From assembly GCA_965223295.1 (NCBI GenBank), contig CBDCWC010000002.1, positions 1,152,001 through 1,216,000 of the forward strand: a DNA stretch of 64,000 bases. The letters run 5' to 3'. The position numbers and the translations under genes are program-made. Under the pieces are notes generated by a model that searched no databases, was not told where the DNA came from, and saw only the letters and a list, made by a program, of their open reading frames with translations. The stretch is from Nitrospirales bacterium. GTDB taxonomy: Bacteria; Nitrospirota; Nitrospiria; Nitrospirales; UBA8639. Shown in pieces: positions 59,385 to 64,000 of this stretch; the stretch's first letter is position 1; each line of letters starts with the position of its first letter.

Positions 59385-60761
59385 CTATCGAGCGAGATTC
59401 ACCAATTCCCCTAGCAAATCATTAGTGGTCGTGATAATTCGTGAATTGGCTTGAAATCCCCGCTGCATGGTAATCATATCCACGAGCTCATCACCTAAAT
59501 CCACGTTTGACGTTTCCAACGTACTGGCGGAAACTTTCCCGAAGGAACCCGATCCCGGTGCTCCAACTAATGGGGTTCCGGAATCGCCGGATTGAATAAA
59601 CAAGTTCCGTCCTATCGGCTGCAACCCATCTGGATTGATAAAACGGGTCAATGCCACTTGCCCAAGAGCCTGAGTCGTGCCGTTGGAAAACCGCCCGGTA
59701 ATTACGCCATCTTCTCCAATAGAGGTTCCGGTAAGCGTTCCATTGGCAAAACCATCTTGAGACAAGGTTAAGAGGACGGATGGCGATCCTTGCTGTAACA
59801 TACCATCTGTCCCGGTTCCCCCATCGGTGGTAATGCTGGTACCGAAATCAAACGCAATTTGTTGATCAGGCGTGGGAGCCGTTGGAAAAGTCGATCCTGC
59901 AGGACTGGTAAAATCAATACCAGTTCCACCAGCATTAAAATACGAAACAGCGCTCTCGGTATCTAGTAAACCTTCCCCGTTGAACACAAGCGTTCCCTGG
60001 GCAACAAGAGCGTTACCGGTAAGAGGATCGGAATTCCCTGCTGAAACGGTCACTTCGGTATCTTGAGCAATCGCACTGTAGGTCCATGTATTTGCCGCTG
60101 TTTTGGTAAAATACACTGTGAGGTCATGTCCCGTCCCTTGACTATCAAAGACTCGAATACCAGTACTAAATTGGGAGATCGCTGGATTTGAGGGATCTGC
60201 TAGAAGCTGCGCAGTCGTGGGTGCAGGACTAGCTGCAACTGAGTTAGATAACAAATTTCCGCTCATTTCCACTTCCGTGGTAGGTGACCCAGATTGTTGG
60301 GTTGTGGTAAGTACCATATCACCTAGCGTTCCTAAAATCGTTCCAGTGATGCCGTCTGCCTGGAAACCCTGAAGCCGTAAACCAGCAGGATTCACAATAT
60401 TTCCATTTGAATCAATATTGAATTGTCCGGCTCGAGAAAAAAACGTGTTTCCTGCAGTATCTCTGATTTGAAAAAACCCGTCGCCATCAATGGCCAAATC
60501 TAGGGCATTCGAAGTTGTTTGAAGGGATCCCTGAGTAAAACTGGGATCGATACCTAGTACCCTTACCCCACGGCCTTCAACTAAAGCCGTACTAGTCCCA
60601 CCACCGCCGATCGTCGCGCCAAACAAATCACCAAAAGAAACTGACCGGCTTTTGTACCCGACGGTCTGTGCATTGGCGATATTATTCCCGATTTCACTGA
60701 GTGCCCGACTCGTTGCATTAATTCCGCTTGTCGCTGCAAAAAATGCTGATGTAATGCCCAT
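59385..60761 (-). CDS. flgE: Flagellar hook protein FlgE
   Basis: IGNNIANAQTVGYK, DLAIDGDGFF, RAGQF, LETSNVDL...MI..QRGFQANSR. Confidence 0.96.
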   Translation of the reverse strand: MGITSAFFAATSGINATSRALSEIGNNIANAQTVGYKSRSVSFGDLFGATIGGGGTSTALVEGRGVRVLGIDPSFTQGSLQTTSNALDLAIDGDGFFQIRDTAGNTFFSRAGQFNIDSNGNIVNPAGLRLQGFQADGITGTILGTLGDMVLTTTQQSGSPTTEVEMSGNLLSNSVAASPAPTTAQLLADPSNPAISQFSTGIRVFDSQGTGHDLTVYFTKTAANTWTYSAIAQDTEVTVSAGNSDPLTGNALVAQGTLVFNGEGLLDTESAVSYFNAGGTGIDFTSPAGSTFPTAPTPDQQIAFDFGTSITTDGGTGTDGMLQQGSPSVLLTLSQDGFANGTLTGTSIGEDGVITGRFSNGTTQALGQVALTRFINPDGLQPIGRNLFIQSGDSGTPLVGAPGSGSFGKVSASTLETSNVDLGDELVDMITMQRGFQANSRIITTTNDLLGELVNLAR

Positions 60762-60820
60762 TGATCATGACTCCTTTGTTACGAGCATTTCGGACATCCA
60801 TGTTCGGCATGCTGCTGGGG

Positions 60821-61507
60821 TTATTGAATCGAGATAATGTCCTGCTGTTTCAGTGCGTTTCCACTTTGAAGAACAATTGGGTTCTCTGCCTCAAACACAA
60901 TGTTGGCGACAGGCTCACGCCCAAACGTAATGACCGGAACAACATTCTTTTTCAAATCTTCGGCTTTGACTCTAAACTGGTAAATTCCTTCGGGTACTCG
61001 GTTCCCGTTACCATCCAACCCATCCCACCGCACTTGGTTCGCCCCGGCATTCTGGAACTCTGTTGATTGAAGTCGCTGGATGACTTGATCATTGGCTCCC
61101 AAAATTTCAATTGTCACCAGGCTCGCATCTTCACTCAATGCATAAGATAGAACAGGTTGATCATCTTTACCGATACTGACCGTATCTCCCGGAGAAACCA
61201 CGTTTCGTCCGATTAGATTCACTAAACTCAACTGTGTCCGTTGCGTATCCTGGACAATCAAGTCTTCAAGTAAGTCATTGGTGTTCGTGGTCTGTTCCAA
61301 CGTAGAGAATTGCGCCAACTGTGCCACAAAATCCTCGTTTTCCACCGGATTCGTCGGATCTTGACTTTGCAATTGAGTCACTAGTAATCGCAGAAATACC
61401 TCAGATCCCAATTCCGACACCGCAGCTTGCACATTATCTTCTCCTGTGAGGGTAGAAGACGTCGTCGCTGATGCCGTAGTCGTCGATATCGGTGTGATCG
61501 GGTCCAT
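60821..61507 (-). CDS. flgD: Hook capping protein FlgD
   Basis: [33 protein letters not shown]. Confidence 0.95.
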   Translation of the reverse strand: MDPITPISTTTASATTSSTLTGEDNVQAAVSELGSEVFLRLLVTQLQSQDPTNPVENEDFVAQLAQFSTLEQTTNTNDLLEDLIVQDTQRTQLSLVNLIGRNVVSPGDTVSIGKDDQPVLSYALSEDASLVTIEILGANDQVIQRLQSTEFQNAGANQVRWDGLDGNGNRVPEGIYQFRVKAEDLKKNVVPVITFGREPVANIVFEAENPIVLQSGNALKQQDIISIQ

Positions 61508-61549
61508 ATCCTTATACTCCTTTTTTTAGCTCATCGCTCTGCCTGTCTT

Positions 61550-63247
61550 TCATGCCACAAAATGTACTCCCGGCTTTTCCTGTTGGTAGGTAACAGCCTG
61601 TAAAGACCCTTGACTGTTTTCAGAATGGAACCTGCCTTCTCGTGGATCATGCGGCTGTGAAAAATGGTGAAACAGGTTCTCTTCATCTTGTGAACCTTCT
61701 TCGCGCACTTCAGCAGAAAATTCTTGCAGATCTAAATCGGCTTGCGCTAATTGGTTTTCCAGTTGAGGCACGAATTGAGCGGCAAGATTTCGTAGCACGG
61801 AATGGTCCATCACCAAACCCGCATAGACTTGACGGTGTTGAACTCCTACATCAATTTGCACCCGCTGATTTTCAGATAATTGAACATCCATTTGGAGTCG
61901 TTGCAGAACAGGCATTGGGAAAGCCGCTGTTCGTTCTTCTAATGCTCGCATTCTAACTCCTTGGCTCTGTGAAGACGTTGACTGCTGAAAGCCTGATTGT
62001 GATTGAGAAAAATTGTTCATGCTCATGCCGGCAGCACCCTGACCGCCGCTTGAATCTATTCCCACACTCTTGATTGATGGCTCTACGGCGCTTTGAACAC
62101 GCTCTCCTTTCCCAAGCCATCCTTGTTCTGCCGCAAGATCAGCTGGAAGAGTCGAACGAGCATCAGTAACATGACTAATCGCCTCATGCGCACTTAATGA
62201 ATTGCCGGAGAGCGGCCTTGTAGAAATTTTGTTTGCGAGAATTCGTTCGGTGAACCCGGCAGGTCCCTCAGACTCAATGGCCGTCACGGGAAGATTCTGA
62301 TTCGGAAACCCAATTGGAGATCGCGCTGATTGCAGCAGTGGCGGTTTCTGCAATACGCCATTCGAAGGCTCATTTTGAAAAGCAGTCTTTTCAATCTGAT
62401 CGACACTTTTCAGGAATTCCTTTACAGGCTGAACCAAAGTCCGTGACAGTGACTCCCCTTTTTCCTGAAACCCTAGAGTTGGCTGCTCACCGCTCTGTCC
62501 TTGTGGACTCTGCCGAGAGAGCACTCCAGGTTGAGGGACTTTGACTACAGATGCCTGTTGTGTGGTGACTCCCGCATCAAACTCTTTAGATACAGGAAGT
62601 TGCACTTTTTCTAGAGCCACGGCTCCACGTCCAAGATCCTGTTTCACAAAGCTCGTGGGTTGCTGCTCTTTTAGAAGTGGAACCTGCCACTCATGAATCA
62701 ATTGATTTTCTGGAGCATGCACACCTTGTGGTAACTTGAGAGGGTTGACTGATAAAGATGTCGGCAAAAAAACAGGACGTTGAACGCCAACATGATGCGA
62801 TTCCCGCAGATCTGAAAACACGACAGTGGGTACTGTTGTTTGATGAGGAATAGTCAAACCTGGCAGCGATTCCGAATGAGCCGTTTGGGAAATCAGTGCT
62901 TCAGAAAGAATCTCTTTCCCGGCTGCCTGAGGTGCACTCACCACCAGTTCCCCCGCACCGGATTGGACTAATTGCCCGAGATGAAGAATATCTTCTTGTG
63001 TCAAACGGTCTTGAGGTTTTCCGTCTCGTTGAATGTCTTTCGATACAAACGTCTGTAATTGCTTTAAAAAGGCCGGGGCCTCAATGGGTGAACTCGGAGA
63101 GTTGACAAGAGTTGATGGAATTTCGTGGCCAGATATTTTCGATTGCTCCTGAGGCGTTTTCGCTAGCGGGTCCTGAGTTGGCTGGATTCCTTCAAAAGCA
63201 TTTGCGCCGGTTGGATGACCACCAAGTATGGGGAGAAAAACACTCAT
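61550..63247 (-). CDS. fliK: Hook-length control protein FliK (probable)
   Basis: Long P/S/Q-rich low-complexity protein with a compact C-terminal domain; immediately upstream of flgD. Confidence 0.7.
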   Translation of the reverse strand: MSVFLPILGGHPTGANAFEGIQPTQDPLAKTPQEQSKISGHEIPSTLVNSPSSPIEAPAFLKQLQTFVSKDIQRDGKPQDRLTQEDILHLGQLVQSGAGELVVSAPQAAGKEILSEALISQTAHSESLPGLTIPHQTTVPTVVFSDLRESHHVGVQRPVFLPTSLSVNPLKLPQGVHAPENQLIHEWQVPLLKEQQPTSFVKQDLGRGAVALEKVQLPVSKEFDAGVTTQQASVVKVPQPGVLSRQSPQGQSGEQPTLGFQEKGESLSRTLVQPVKEFLKSVDQIEKTAFQNEPSNGVLQKPPLLQSARSPIGFPNQNLPVTAIESEGPAGFTERILANKISTRPLSGNSLSAHEAISHVTDARSTLPADLAAEQGWLGKGERVQSAVEPSIKSVGIDSSGGQGAAGMSMNNFSQSQSGFQQSTSSQSQGVRMRALEERTAAFPMPVLQRLQMDVQLSENQRVQIDVGVQHRQVYAGLVMDHSVLRNLAAQFVPQLENQLAQADLDLQEFSAEVREEGSQDEENLFHHFSQPHDPREGRFHSENSQGSLQAVTYQQEKPGVHFVA

Positions 63248-63250
63248 CTC

Positions 63251-63853
63251 TTATTTTTGAGGTTTGGTATTCACGCGACGATTGAGTTTAATTTCACGGT
63301 ATTTCCGAAGGCCTTCAGAGAGCCTGGCTGCTTTCTTCGGTTTGACACCTGCCAATATTCCGGCCGCTTTCTTGTTTTTAATCCCCGCAAGAATATCTAA
63401 GGCGAGATCTTCCCGCATTTGTTCAATTCGTAAAGCCCCTTCTTCAGGATCCATCGACTCATAAATTTTGAGTAAATGGACCAACGCCGGATCTTGTTCC
63501 AAATACCGCCGCTGTTCTTCATCCAGGGCCGAAGCCTCTTTATCCAACCGTTTGGCTTCTTTCGCCTGCCGTGCGGCCAGGGCCTCGATATCCCGCTGCA
63601 AGGCTTGAACCTGTTCTTCGCGAAGCTGCAATCTACGTTCCCGTTCCTCGACCGCCTTCAGCCTGGCCTGAAGCTCTTCAAGAAGCGTGGCTTCTTCGCT
63701 GAGTGGCTCATCTAAGAAATCCTCTTCAACATGTTGATTTTCATGTGAATCACTGGAAGTTTTTTCCGTCGTGGCTTGAACAGACCACACCGCCGTCGCC
63801 GACAAAACCAGGACGACAAACCACCAGGGAATGATGCGTGGACTAGGCAACAT
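63251..63853 (-). CDS. MotE/FlbB-like flagellar protein (coiled coil plus MgtE-N-like repeats)
   Basis: N-terminal hydrophobic segment, coiled coil, KIYESMDPEEGA...KKAAGILAG..PKKAA; lies between fliJ and fliK. Confidence 0.75.
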   Translation of the reverse strand: MLPSPRIIPWWFVVLVLSATAVWSVQATTEKTSSDSHENQHVEEDFLDEPLSEEATLLEELQARLKAVEERERRLQLREEQVQALQRDIEALAARQAKEAKRLDKEASALDEEQRRYLEQDPALVHLLKIYESMDPEEGALRIEQMREDLALDILAGIKNKKAAGILAGVKPKKAARLSEGLRKYREIKLNRRVNTKPQK

Positions 63854-63860
63854 TGTACTA

Positions 63861-64000
63861 CTAGGTCATTTCTTCAAGGTTAGATGTCGCAAACACATGA
63901 GAAGACAAGTCTTCCTGAATACGTTGTTCCTGTGCCGCCATTTTCTGTAAAACCGCTGCCTCCTTTTTTGCAATTACGAGCTCAACAACTCGTCTGGCAT
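63861..64000 (-). CDS. fliJ: 3' end of probable FliJ (partial; absent from the ORF track)
   Basis: ARRVVELVIAKKEAAVLQKMAAQEQRIQEDLSSHVF...; helical, in the usual fliJ position. Confidence 0.6.
   Translation of the reverse strand, partial: ARRVVELVIAKKEAAVLQKMAAQEQRIQEDLSSHVFATSNLEEMT

Noticed and set aside
381-63715. The many short ORFs in the track that are antisense to or nested in the called genes (e.g. 10850-11359, 34661-35155, 52359-52820, 32389-32847)
   Set aside because: They overlap well-supported genes and have no recognisable motifs, so they are treated as shadow ORFs

Overview
This window is a 64-kb bacterial flagellar and chemosensory super-cluster, almost entirely on the minus strand. 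Reading in transcription order (high to low coordinates), it holds: 'fliJ, a motE-like gene, fliK, flgD, flgE; fliLMNOPQR, flhBAFG, fliA; a REC-PP2C / REC-Ser-kinase / STAS partner-switch module; chemosensory system 3 (STAS, MCP-like, cheY, four-helix-bundle gene, cheA, cheW, 2 MCPs, heme-c protein, DUF420-like, cheR, cheD, cheB); system 2 (MCP-like, double-Hpt cheA, cheW, globin pseudogene, PAS-MCP, cheY, cheB, cheR, cheX, PilZ, STAS, HD-GYP, hybrid kinase); system 1 (cheY, cheZ, cheA, cheV, 2 MCPs, cheB, cheW, motA, motB); and flgF'. The host may be Nitrospirota-like; this is an impression only and was not tested. The most unusual signal is a family of about a dozen intergenic elements. Each is a purine-rich 7-nt tandem repeat arm (~AGTAAGG) facing its reverse-complement arm (~ACTCCTT). 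One copy encloses a four-helix-bundle (23S-IVS/Avd-like) gene, and a 23-bp mRNA stem there would loop that gene out and bring the cheY stop next to the cheA RBS. Also notable: the same Cache-like sensor sits on receptors of all three pathways and the same heme-c sensor on receptors of two, a heme/redox-sensing gene set is present, a globin is decaying, and the duplicated Hpt shows apparent gene conversion. All calls are by eye from sequence motifs; no database searches were run.
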